DNA of 48,720 nucleotides from a virus (Duplodnaviria > Heunggongvirae > Uroviricota > Caudoviricetes): IMG/VR virus record IMGVR_UViG_2541047815_000004. One strand, written 5' to 3'. The position numbers and the translations under genes were made by a program. Positions 11,571 through 20,166 of this stretch are shown piece after piece (the stretch's first letter is position 1; the number at the start of each line of letters is the position of its first letter). Under the pieces are notes generated by a model. It saw only the letters and a list, made by a program, of their open reading frames with translations. It was not told where the DNA came from and did no database searches.

Positions 11571-12242
11571 TCAGCGACCAATCACCACAACCTGACCACC
11601 ATCCCCTTCGTCTGCCGTGCTGATCTCCTGAGAAACCACGCGAGACCCCACGCGCATTTCCCCGTACAGAACAGGCAGAACATTGCCCTGGGCAACCATG
11701 TTATCCAGTGAGGAGAAATAGGTGTTCTGCTTACCGTTATCCGTTGTCTGTGTACGGGGAGTTCTGGCTTTCGGTGCCAGCATCTGCGCCACACCACCGA
11801 GCACCATACTGGCACCGAGAGAAAACAGGATGCCGGTCATACCACCGGCCCCAATGGCTGCCCCCCATGCTGCAAGGGTGGCTCCGGCAGTAAAGAATGA
11901 TCCGGCAATGGCGGCAGCCCCCAGAACAATCTGGAATACGCCCCCTGACTTGGCCCCGGCGACTCTGGGAACAATATGAATCACAGCGCCGTCAGGCAGA
12001 GTCTCATGTAACTGCGCCGTTAACCCGGACGTGCTGACGTCCCGCCCGGCAATCCGTACCTGATACCAGCCGTCGCTCAGTTTCTGACGAAACGCCGGGA
12101 GCTGTGTGGCCAGTGCGCGGATGGCTTCAGCCCCCGTTTTCACACGAAGGTCGATGCGGCGGCCAAATCGTTGCAAATCCCCGTAAAGGCAGATGCGTGC
12201 CATGCCCGGTGACGCCAGAGGGAGTGTGTGCGTCGCTGCCAT
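11571..12242 (-). CDS. I: Tail assembly protein I, 223 aa
   Basis: Same length as lambda gpI; Gly/Ala-rich hydrophobic central segment; overlaps the 3' end of K by about 100 nt as in lambda. Confidence 0.85.
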   Translation of the reverse strand: MAATHTLPLASPGMARICLYGDLQRFGRRIDLRVKTGAEAIRALATQLPAFRQKLSDGWYQVRIAGRDVSTSGLTAQLHETLPDGAVIHIVPRVAGAKSGGVFQIVLGAAAIAGSFFTAGATLAAWGAAIGAGGMTGILFSLGASMVLGGVAQMLAPKARTPRTQTTDNGKQNTYFSSLDNMVAQGNVLPVLYGEMRVGSRVVSQEISTADEGDGGQVVVIGR

Positions 12243-12883
12243 TTGTCGGTATACCTCTCTCGTTTACTCAGTTGTTCAGGAATATGGTGCAGCAGCTCAC
12301 CGTCGCCGCAGTAAATGGCGGCATGATTCGGCACCGATGAACCAAAACAGCACAGCAGCACATCGCCCGGTTGTGCTGATGACAACGCCACCTGATACAG
12401 CCCTGTGGCCTCCAGATTATCCAGATAGAGATTCTGACCGTTACGCCACCAGTCATCCCCGCGATGAAAATCCGGCATCTCAATGCCCGCCAGATGATAA
12501 GCATCCCGGAACAGCGTGTAACAGTCCGTCACCCCGTGCTCAAAGCGCCGCCCGGTGAGATGCGGCACACAGCGGAACTTGTGAATCGCCCCCCGGCAGA
12601 CCAGCCACCACGGCAAATCACTCTGCACCTGCAGCCGCCGGTCAGCCTCACTCAGCCAGGGCAGACCACCGGGATGACTGTGGACCAGTGCCACAATCTC
12701 ACCCTGCATCTCTGCCTGCAGCCAGTCCTCCGGAGCCATCCGGAAATAATCCTCCGGCTCACCGGAAATATTCACGCAGGGAAAATATCTTTCCCCCTCC
12801 GGCGCTCTCACCACGAAGCCGCACGACTCCGCTGGCGCACATCGCCGGGCGTGCGCCAGAATCGCTGATTCTGTCTCTGTCAT
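12140..12883 (-). CDS. K: Tail assembly protein K (JAB/MPN plus NlpC/P60-like), about 247 aa from Met15 (start uncertain)
   Basis: HSHP JAB-type metal-binding motif (ALVHSHPGG); lambda order L-K-I; longer than the 199-aa lambda gpK. Confidence 0.8.
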   Translation of the reverse strand: MTETESAILAHARRCAPAESCGFVVRAPEGERYFPCVNISGEPEDYFRMAPEDWLQAEMQGEIVALVHSHPGGLPWLSEADRRLQVQSDLPWWLVCRGAIHKFRCVPHLTGRRFEHGVTDCYTLFRDAYHLAGIEMPDFHRGDDWWRNGQNLYLDNLEATGLYQVALSSAQPGDVLLCCFGSSVPNHAAIYCGDGELLHHIPEQLSKRERYTDKWQRRTHSLWRHRAWHASAFTGICNDLAAASTFV

Positions 12884-12887
12884 GGGA

Positions 12888-13586
12888 TTACTGCGAAAGT
12901 TTGTTAATGGAAAGGAAGCCGCCAAAGTTGCCGACGTTATTGCGAAACTTACAGCCGCTCAGGCATTTGCTGCATTTATCCTTCGTGATATCGGACGTCG
13001 GCTGATCATATTCATCCGCGACCGCCGGACCGTGATAACCGCACTCATCACCGCGATAGGTCCAGGTGCAGGTGTTGGCCAGCATGATACGTCCCGGAAA
13101 AACGGCACCGTCCGTTTCCGTCGGCGTGGACAGTACAAAAGAGGCACTCACCGCGCTCAGTTCGCTGCACTGCTCAATGCGCCAGCGGCTGATCACCTCC
13201 TGCTCCGGATCGGCGTCACTGTTTCCGTTGACGAAGTTCACCGCATCCAGAAAACGGGCGTAAACCTTACGCCGGACCACCGTTCCGCCGACCAGACTCT
13301 GCAGATCTTCCGCCATCCCGGTGACCATACCGTACAGGTTAGAAACCGTCAGTGTCGGACGGGCAGCACTGCCCTTGCCGTTCAGTTCAAATCCCGTCCC
13401 CTGAATGGGGTATACCTGATACTGCCGCCCCTGCCAGATAACCGGCTCACCTTTTTCGTTCTGCTCATTACAGAAAAAATAACGTTCACCACCGACCTCT
13501 GTCAGATCGATTTCCCAGAGCACCACCTGGGCTGACTGAGTGAGGCGTGTCGTCTCATGATGTGTTTCCTGTGGAATATCCTGCAT
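12888..13586 (-). CDS. L: Minor tail protein L, 232 aa
   Basis: Length identical to lambda gpL; C-terminal Cys cluster (CSKCLSGC); lambda M-L-K order. Confidence 0.9.
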   Translation of the reverse strand: MQDIPQETHHETTRLTQSAQVVLWEIDLTEVGGERYFFCNEQNEKGEPVIWQGRQYQVYPIQGTGFELNGKGSAARPTLTVSNLYGMVTGMAEDLQSLVGGTVVRRKVYARFLDAVNFVNGNSDADPEQEVISRWRIEQCSELSAVSASFVLSTPTETDGAVFPGRIMLANTCTWTYRGDECGYHGPAVADEYDQPTSDITKDKCSKCLSGCKFRNNVGNFGGFLSINKLSQ

Positions 13587-13595
13587 CAGAGCCTC

Positions 13596-13925
13596 CTATG
13601 CCACGACCTGTTCAAAATCTGCCGTTATGGTTACCCACAGCGCCCCCACGCTTGCCGACCATTTACGACAAACCACCCTGATCGGTTTCCAGTCATAAGG
13701 TGGCGTCCACTGAAATGCACGGACGCCACCGTGCCGTTCCAGAAAGGCTTTTAAAGATGGGTGGTCACATTTACGAACACGTATCGTCACGCTGTAAGTC
13801 GACAACTGGTTATTCAGTCCCGCCGCACGACGCTGTTCATAACCATCGCCCAGCTTCACTGTCACCACTTTCGGCTCTGATACCACATTCATATCCGGGC
13901 GCACTTTCCAGTGAAACGTCTCCAT
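13596..13925 (-). CDS. M: Minor tail protein M, 109 aa
   Basis: Length identical to lambda gpM; stop/start overlap with H. Confidence 0.9.
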   Translation of the reverse strand: METFHWKVRPDMNVVSEPKVVTVKLGDGYEQRRAAGLNNQLSTYSVTIRVRKCDHPSLKAFLERHGGVRAFQWTPPYDWKPIRVVCRKWSASVGALWVTITADFEQVVA

Positions 13926-16900
13926 TACCGATATGCTCCACTTAACCGACCACCATCACGGGCCTGCTGTTGCATAAAGTCCGCTGCTGCTTTTTTCCCG
14001 AGGTCATAAACCGCCTTCAGGGCAGCCGGACCTATCTGCCCGTTCGTGCCATCGTTATTGATCTCGATGTTGTACTGCGGGGAAAACATCGCCATACCTG
14101 AACCCCCAATATCCGCCACAACCCCCAGCTTACCGTCAGCACCACGACGCAATGGCAGAATGGCTTCAGGTCCCGCTTCCCCCATCACACCCGCGCCTTT
14201 TGCAAAAGCAAAAAACGTCGGACGGTTAACCACCGTGCCACTGTAACGACTCAAATCAGCAGACTGATAAATCCCCCCATTGGCATTCAGGGAAAGGCTG
14301 CTGAGATCAAATCCCAGTACACTGCCAATCCCTTTTATCGATTTCATCATGGTTGCCTGCGCCAGGATTTTCGCCATATCTGACAGCACAGAAGAGGTGA
14401 AGGATTTGAAATTGAGTTTGCCGGTAGTGACAAAAGTTGCCAGGCCATTTCCCATGTTGCTGAAGGCTGACGAGAACACCTGTTCTGCTGTTTCTGCCGT
14501 ATTATCTGCATCCACGGTAAAATCCTGAAATGCACGCAGGACTCCGTTTTTCCAGTTACCCTGCACAACTTCAAGCTGTTGCCAGTAACGGCGATTCTCA
14601 TTCAGTTGTCGGTTCAGGCTCTCCGTCAGCGCCTGCTCGGCCTTTCTGTAGTCATCCGTGTTATATGTCCCTTTCTGCTCACTATCCCGCCTCAACTGCT
14701 CCAGCTGTTGCTGGTATTTCTGGCGAAGACTCAGTTGTACCTGATATCGCTGTCGCTGCTGATCACCCATACCCACCGTGGCGATATCCAGGTCATGTTG
14801 CTGACGCTGAGCGCGCTCTTCTTCAGCCAGTTGACTGGTCAGCTGAATTGTTTTTTTCTTCAGCTCGTTGAGTGCCGTCTGTTTCTGAAGCTCCTGCTGT
14901 TTTACATCCAGCAGCGTCAGTGCCTGAATCAGTTCATCTTTACGGGCCAGCACACTCTTTTCATCTGCCGTCAGTTTTTTCCCGTCCAGGTCGCTGATGC
15001 GCTGCTGCAGAGCCAGAAGCTGTTTATGCGCTTCTGTCATCCTTTCCGTGGCAATGCCTGCTGACTGTCTGGCAGCAGCAATCTGTCCTTCCACCTGTGC
15101 CTGTTGCTGACTGTACTGCAGCAATAACCGGGTGGCCTCATCATTACGGGTTTCGCGTGTTTTTTTCTTACCGGATGCCAGGGCTTTCTCGTAACGTTCA
15201 TTTTCACGTTGTATCGCCGCATCCCTGACAGCCTGATCGGCGTACTGCATGGCATTAATACGCGCAATTTCACGCTGATGTCGTGCTGCTTCCGTTTCAT
15301 TCATCCGGTTCAGTGCAGCATTTTCAGCATTACGGCGTTTCTGTTGCTCCTGATAATTCCGCTCTGCCTGCTCTTTTGCATCCTGCAAATCCTTCTGGCG
15401 TTTTTTCTCCTGAAGATCGTTAAGACGCTGCTGATCGTATTCAACCTGAGAAGATGATGCCGTCCAGGGGAGTCTTTTCGCCCGCGACACTTTCTCCTGT
15501 AAAGCGGCAATCTGTTCATCCAGCGAGTCTTCACGACCAATATTCATGGCCGCATCCCAGAAACGACTCCACAAATCAGACAGATACTTCAGCGTACTGC
15601 CAAGCGCATTGAGGTTATTATCAATATCCGCAGTACGCCGACCGGTTTCCTCTGCCAGTGCAGACATGGCTATCCGTGCAGCATCACTGGACCGCCCCTG
15701 CTCCCCAAGGACGCGTATCTGCTCAAGCTGAGTGGCAGTAAGAAAATGCAGCTCATTGTCCAGAGCCTTCGCGGCATTTACAGGATCATCCTTCAGCCGC
15801 TTAAACTGATTTATGGTATCGCTGACCGACTGGCCAACCGATCGCTCCATCTGTGCGGCAACTCTCGCCACCATACCGATATCGTTTCCACGAAATGCAC
15901 CACTCCCCACCACCTGAGCCAGCGCACCGGCTGCAGCATGTTGCGTGATACCATTCCCGGAAATAGCACGACTGAGCGTCCACAGCTGCCCGGCAGTGAC
16001 TCCGGCATAATGCCCCGTCAGCGACAACTGGCGGTTAAATTCTTCCCCCTCCTTCTGACCGTCATACCAGGCTTTACCCAGACCATAGACGGCCGCGGCA
16101 ATACCGCCAATAACCCCGCCAAGCATCATGCCTTTCGGTGACATCAGTGTGTCTATCCATCCGGCACGGTTAGCCAGCGTTATCCCGGATCCCCTCAGCG
16201 CCCCTAAATTGCCGCGGGCCAGTTCACCTATCAGAACGCCTATCTCCTGGCGGGCTGCTGCACTTTTCAGACCCAGCGAATGCGTGGCTTTTCCTGCCTG
16301 CTCCATTTTGCGGATATACACTTCTGCAGCACTGCTTACCCCCAGCTGGGCTGCCTTAGCACGAAGCAACTCAGAAGATGAAAGATTCAGGCGGGTTGCC
16401 TGCTCTTTAAGCTGACGGATAAACGCCACTTTCTGTCGGGTAGCCTCTTCCTCAGCCTGTGTAAGAACACGGGTTTTCGCAGTAACCTCAGAAATCAGCG
16501 CCAGATAATCCTGCTGACCAATCCCGCCACTGTTTCTGGCCTGTCGGATCTGCTGCTGAATACGCTGTAATTCCTGCAGCCCCGCACTGGCCTGTTTCAC
16601 ACTGTCAATCTGACGATAAAACGCAGCAGCCGCTTTATCCTGAGCCTCCGCCAGAGCCATGGCCTGCGCCTGTTCCTCGCGCATTTTCTGGCTCAGTGCC
16701 TCCATGCGCTGGCGGGTTTTCTCCACCTCGCGGGCCATGCGTTCATGAGCCTGTGCGTTCTTCTCCACCGTCTGCGCATGGACGGATGCGGCTGTTGCAG
16801 CCGAAGAAGCTGCCTGCGTTGTCTGCCGGGCGGCCTGAGTCTGACGCTCCATAAAACGCTGCATACGGGCAGAAGACCGTTCTGCATCGCTGGCTGCACC

Positions 16901-16990
16901 ATTCAGAAGGTTTTTGATACGGGGAATTTCATTTTTAAACTCTGCCGCATCAATCCCCAAATCAATGACCAGGTTGGCTATCTGGTCCAT
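13925..16990 (-). CDS. H: Tail tape-measure protein H, about 1021 aa from Met11 (track ORF begins at a TTG at 17020)
   Basis: Very long coiled-coil-rich protein between G/T and M; C-terminal NNDGTNGQIGPAALKAVYD matches the lambda gpH C-terminus. Confidence 0.85.
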   Translation of the reverse strand: MDQIANLVIDLGIDAAEFKNEIPRIKNLLNGAASDAERSSARMQRFMERQTQAARQTTQAASSAATAASVHAQTVEKNAQAHERMAREVEKTRQRMEALSQKMREEQAQAMALAEAQDKAAAAFYRQIDSVKQASAGLQELQRIQQQIRQARNSGGIGQQDYLALISEVTAKTRVLTQAEEEATRQKVAFIRQLKEQATRLNLSSSELLRAKAAQLGVSSAAEVYIRKMEQAGKATHSLGLKSAAARQEIGVLIGELARGNLGALRGSGITLANRAGWIDTLMSPKGMMLGGVIGGIAAAVYGLGKAWYDGQKEGEEFNRQLSLTGHYAGVTAGQLWTLSRAISGNGITQHAAAGALAQVVGSGAFRGNDIGMVARVAAQMERSVGQSVSDTINQFKRLKDDPVNAAKALDNELHFLTATQLEQIRVLGEQGRSSDAARIAMSALAEETGRRTADIDNNLNALGSTLKYLSDLWSRFWDAAMNIGREDSLDEQIAALQEKVSRAKRLPWTASSSQVEYDQQRLNDLQEKKRQKDLQDAKEQAERNYQEQQKRRNAENAALNRMNETEAARHQREIARINAMQYADQAVRDAAIQRENERYEKALASGKKKTRETRNDEATRLLLQYSQQQAQVEGQIAAARQSAGIATERMTEAHKQLLALQQRISDLDGKKLTADEKSVLARKDELIQALTLLDVKQQELQKQTALNELKKKTIQLTSQLAEEERAQRQQHDLDIATVGMGDQQRQRYQVQLSLRQKYQQQLEQLRRDSEQKGTYNTDDYRKAEQALTESLNRQLNENRRYWQQLEVVQGNWKNGVLRAFQDFTVDADNTAETAEQVFSSAFSNMGNGLATFVTTGKLNFKSFTSSVLSDMAKILAQATMMKSIKGIGSVLGFDLSSLSLNANGGIYQSADLSRYSGTVVNRPTFFAFAKGAGVMGEAGPEAILPLRRGADGKLGVVADIGGSGMAMFSPQYNIEINNDGTNGQIGPAALKAVYDLGKKAAADFMQQQARDGGRLSGAYR

Positions 16991-17689
16991 AACGCACACC
17001 TCCGGAAATACCTTCCCCAAGATGCATCAGTTCTTCGTCCGTTCGCTCCGGTATCCCGTTCTCTTCCGGTAAAAGGCTGAAATCAGCCACCGCAGCATCA
17101 CTGCTGCCGGACACCATTCTCACGATCAATGCCTTCAGCGAGGCAAACTGCGCATCCATCCACACATCACTGAAGCTCTGCATCCGGAAATAATCGCCCC
17201 ACTCACCAAGCTCAGTGGCCGACATTTCCGACAGCATCCGCCGCCAGTCTGCCCGCCGGAACTCCCGGGCAAGCCGCATGACAAACTGCATTTCCCGCGT
17301 CAGGACTTTTCCGGCGTCAGCGCCTCATGCTCATCATCCACGGCATTATCAATGGCCCCCATACCGCTCAGCGACAGAACCATCTCCGCCCCCGCACCCA
17401 GGGCATCATACGACCATGTTGTAATAACGGATGCGCAAAGCGTCTCTACATCCTTAGACTGATCCGCATTCCACAGTGAGCGGGAAACCAGCCAGGCATT
17501 GATATCCATCCCCATCCGCAGAAAAGCAATCTGTCGTTCAGCCTCCGGCAGTTCTCCCTCCCCGGCATCAAACTTTGCCGTTCGCTGCTGAACAAACGTC
17601 AGATATTCAATTCTCTGCAGCCCGGACAGCTCACTGAGCACCACGGACTGTTTTTCATAATTAAACGTGTCCTGTTTCAGAAACATCAT
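16962..17689 (-). CDS. GT: Tail assembly chaperone GT fusion made by programmed -1 frameshift; T-frame portion is 16962..17324
   Basis: The -1 frame is open from 17324 to 16962 and overlaps the last 8 codons of G; heptamer G GAA AAG at 17312-17306; lambda G/GT arrangement. Confidence 0.55.
17300..17689 (-). CDS. G: Tail assembly chaperone G, about 129 aa from Met14 (MMFLKQDTF...)
   Basis: N-terminus resembles lambda gpG (MFLK...); AGGTGGAG Shine-Dalgarno upstream; between V and H. Confidence 0.8.
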   Translation of the reverse strand: MMFLKQDTFNYEKQSVVLSELSGLQRIEYLTFVQQRTAKFDAGEGELPEAERQIAFLRMGMDINAWLVSRSLWNADQSKDVETLCASVITTWSYDALGAGAEMVLSLSGMGAIDNAVDDEHEALTPEKS

Positions 17690-17700
17690 GTTCTCCACCT

Positions 17701-17726
17701 GCAAAAAAGCCCCGAATAACCGGGGC
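17701..17726 (-). terminator. Terminator-like hairpin between major tail gene V and G
   Basis: Stem GCCCCG/CGGGGC with 6-nt loop, followed on the minus strand by U6. Confidence 0.4.
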
Positions 17727-17746
17727 AAATGATGAGTATCGTCCTG

Positions 17747-18490
17747 TTAACCTGCTGCGCTGACAGTCACCGCAGTCACAGCCACAAAATTCCCGTCAGC
17801 GGTCATGCCCACAATGCTGACACTGCCCTGCTTCACGCCTTTTACCGTGGCCACAAGTCCGTTCAGGGTAACCGTGGCAGTCTGTGGATCTGACGAATGC
17901 ACACTGATCGCTTTGTCACTGGCTCCGTCAGGTTTTACTGTAAAGGTCAGCGTGGTGGTTGCTCCCACTTTTACACTGGCAGACGCCGGTGATACTGTCA
18001 GCCCGGTAACGCTCACGGTTTCAGTGCCTTCCTCTGCCAGATACGGACGCCCCACACCGCTGATTTTCACAGTGCGGGTCATCACGTCTTTTGAGGCAAT
18101 GGTTTTACCCAGTGAGCTCAGCCAGCCACGGAAAACATCAACAGTGCCGTTGGGATATTTGATACGAAACGCGCAGACTTCACCGGAGTCGAACAACTGA
18201 ACCAGTTTTTTCTGCCCGCTGTCACCCGGACGCCAGGCCAGCGTCGCCGAAGTATCACCAACGGATTTCTGCCCCTGGGTTGTCGTTTTCCAGTCTGCAT
18301 CTTCATCATCGAGATAAGTGTCATCTTCTGCATCAGCGGTCATTTCGCCAGGTTGCAGATCCTTCACCATCGCAAGACGCAGCCAGTCAGTGTCCGACAA
18401 AGGGTTCGCAAACGCATCGCCGTTGCCGGTATACATCCAGAACGTCGTCCCCGCACCTTTCGTCTTTGCCAGTGGATTTGGTGTGGTCAT
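17747..18490 (-). CDS. V: Major tail protein V with C-terminal Ig-like domain, about 247 aa from Met26
   Basis: Lambda gpV-like (PNP..KGAGTT..W.Y.G; FPNGTVDVFRGW); strong AAGGAGG Shine-Dalgarno before the internal ATG. Confidence 0.9.
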   Translation of the reverse strand: MTTPNPLAKTKGAGTTFWMYTGNGDAFANPLSDTDWLRLAMVKDLQPGEMTADAEDDTYLDDEDADWKTTTQGQKSVGDTSATLAWRPGDSGQKKLVQLFDSGEVCAFRIKYPNGTVDVFRGWLSSLGKTIASKDVMTRTVKISGVGRPYLAEEGTETVSVTGLTVSPASASVKVGATTTLTFTVKPDGASDKAISVHSSDPQTATVTLNGLVATVKGVKQGSVSIVGMTADGNFVAVTAVTVSAAG

Positions 18491-18500
18491 TACCACCTCC

Positions 18501-18914
18501 TTAATTCGTGTACGTGATCTGGTACGTGATTTCCGCCATCGCCCAGGTGGCCATCTCATTATCACGTTGATAGTTAAAACCGAGTGGGATCAGGGTGTCG
18601 ATGAGTCCGGAAAGTGCCGGTATATCATTCAGGGCAGGGAAAATGGTGCTCTCCATCCACATATCCAGCTCTGAATCCGGTGCCTGTGCCCGGATGAAGA
18701 CGGCAATATGCAGAACAGCCTGCCAGTCATCTTCATCCGTCATTTTTCCGGTGTACTGAGCATCACTCAGCCACACCGCCACGGCAGGCAGTTCCTGCGC
18801 ATCAATAAATGCCGGAAGCCCGTCAAAAAACGTGGCGCTGTCTCCACACTGTTCCCGAAGGCGTGCCAGTACGACCTGGCGGATTTGTGTATGTCGGTTC
18901 ATCGGGTCAGCCAT
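18501..18914 (-). CDS. U: Tail terminator protein U, 137 aa
   Basis: Lambda gpU-like motifs (ATFFDG, PAVAVWL, PDSELDMWMES, DIPALS); position between Z and V. Confidence 0.85.
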   Translation of the reverse strand: MADPMNRHTQIRQVVLARLREQCGDSATFFDGLPAFIDAQELPAVAVWLSDAQYTGKMTDEDDWQAVLHIAVFIRAQAPDSELDMWMESTIFPALNDIPALSGLIDTLIPLGFNYQRDNEMATWAMAEITYQITYTN

Positions 18915-19477
18915 AACCTCAGTTGTTGTTTTAGTGCATACCCCAGCTGTTTCGGCATTTCCGCAGCAATGATGTGGTCGCGGGCATCTTCAAATGCCTG
19001 TGTCAGCGGTCCGGACAGCGGGATTTTCACCACATCAATGGGGTAACGATTTTTGCCATCAATACGTCGCATCACATGCCAGCGACCATTCGCCAGTTGC
19101 TGAATAAACGCATCCCGGAAAAGATATTTACCCACCTTCAGCACACTGCCACGGTACTGCAGTTTTCCACCACGCCGGGCCAGTCTGACCCGGGCTGTCC
19201 CCAGCTTAATGGCGGGCAGATTGCCCCGGTTAACGCGGATCCTGACCGTCATTTTTCCTGACGGACTGGCTTTAAACACCCGGACACGCTGACGTACCAG
19301 TTTCAGGGGGATCCCTTTCACCTGGTTATCTCCCGCAACGGTATTCCCGGCAACCTGCCGGGTGGCAACCGAGACCGCTTTCTGTGCCACACGGTTTATC
19401 GCCCATGCGCTGGCCTGTGGCACCATACGGGTATCAAGGCTGTTCAGATTGCGGATGGCATTCTCAAGCCCCTTCAT
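18899..19477 (-). CDS. Z: Tail completion protein Z, 192 aa
   Basis: Same length as lambda gpZ; immediately upstream of U with overlap. Confidence 0.8.
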   Translation of the reverse strand: MKGLENAIRNLNSLDTRMVPQASAWAINRVAQKAVSVATRQVAGNTVAGDNQVKGIPLKLVRQRVRVFKASPSGKMTVRIRVNRGNLPAIKLGTARVRLARRGGKLQYRGSVLKVGKYLFRDAFIQQLANGRWHVMRRIDGKNRYPIDVVKIPLSGPLTQAFEDARDHIIAAEMPKQLGYALKQQLRLWLTR

Positions 19478-19488
19478 CCCACACCTCT

Positions 19489-19764
19489 TTACTCAATAAA
19501 GATCATTGGCTTACCGTTAAAACGTTCATGCCGTGTGACCGTCCATTGTTGTCCGTCATAAACAACGCGATCCCCGCGCCGTGGGCGGTATCCCGAAGAA
19601 AACACCACCAGAGAGACCGCAGGTCCGGACAGAGCATTCAGCTCTGCCAGTGTTTCTCCCGGGATCACAGTCATATCGACATCATTAATCGAGGCTGTCT
19701 TTCCCATCTTTCTGACCGTGATCGCATCCATACGCGCTGCCAGCCGGGAAAAGGGATCAGACAT
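19489..19764 (-). CDS. Head-tail joining/neck protein (FII-like position), 91 aa
   Basis: Small ORF between the head module and Z, where lambdoid phages encode head-tail connector proteins; no motif recognised. Confidence 0.45.
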   Translation of the reverse strand: MSDPFSRLAARMDAITVRKMGKTASINDVDMTVIPGETLAELNALSGPAVSLVVFSSGYRPRRGDRVVYDGQQWTVTRHERFNGKPMIFIE

Positions 19765-20080
19765 TGAGTTTTACCGGCACTTCTTCTGCACTGGTTCCGG
19801 CATCTGCCCAGACAACCCCGACCAGCGGATCAGAGCCGCTGTTAGTCAGCTGAACTTTTCCTGACTTCAGATAAACCTTCTTACCCGTTTTCATGTCATC
19901 CGTTTTCAGCTTAGGCAGCATAAACACACCTTCGGTTATGCCGTCGCCTGTTTCTCCCTGTGGAATATCGGTCAGCGCCACCGCAAAAACATCACCCACC
20001 TGCACCAGATCTCCGCTGCTGATGGCTGCACTGGCAACAATCGCCACCGTTTTTCCTTCTTCTACAAAATTCTTTGCCAT
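19757..20080 (-). CDS. Small capsid-associated protein (DUF2190-like), about 107 aa from Met16
   Basis: Directly downstream of the major capsid gene; GGAGA Shine-Dalgarno before the ATG at 20080; sequence pattern reminiscent of DUF2190 phage proteins. Confidence 0.45.
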   Translation of the reverse strand: MAKNFVEEGKTVAIVASAAISSGDLVQVGDVFAVALTDIPQGETGDGITEGVFMLPKLKTDDMKTGKKVYLKSGKVQLTNSGSDPLVGVVWADAGTSAEEVPVKLNV

Positions 20081-20122
20081 AACTGTCTCCGCACAGCCCC
20101 GTTCAGGGGCTGATTTCAGGTA

Positions 20123-20142
20123 CAAAAAAAGCCCTTACGGGC
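20123..20142 (-). terminator. Weak terminator-like hairpin after the capsid gene
   Basis: Short 4-bp GC stem GCCC/GGGC with UUAC-type loop followed on the minus strand by U7; 25 nt after the capsid stop. Confidence 0.3.
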
Positions 20143-20166
20143 CATCAGAGTTGTTGTCTGCGACGT

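Noticed and set aside
12882-13535. 217-aa plus-strand ORF opposite tail genes L and K
   Set aside because: Antisense to conserved lambda-like L; no recognisable domain or ribosome-binding site.
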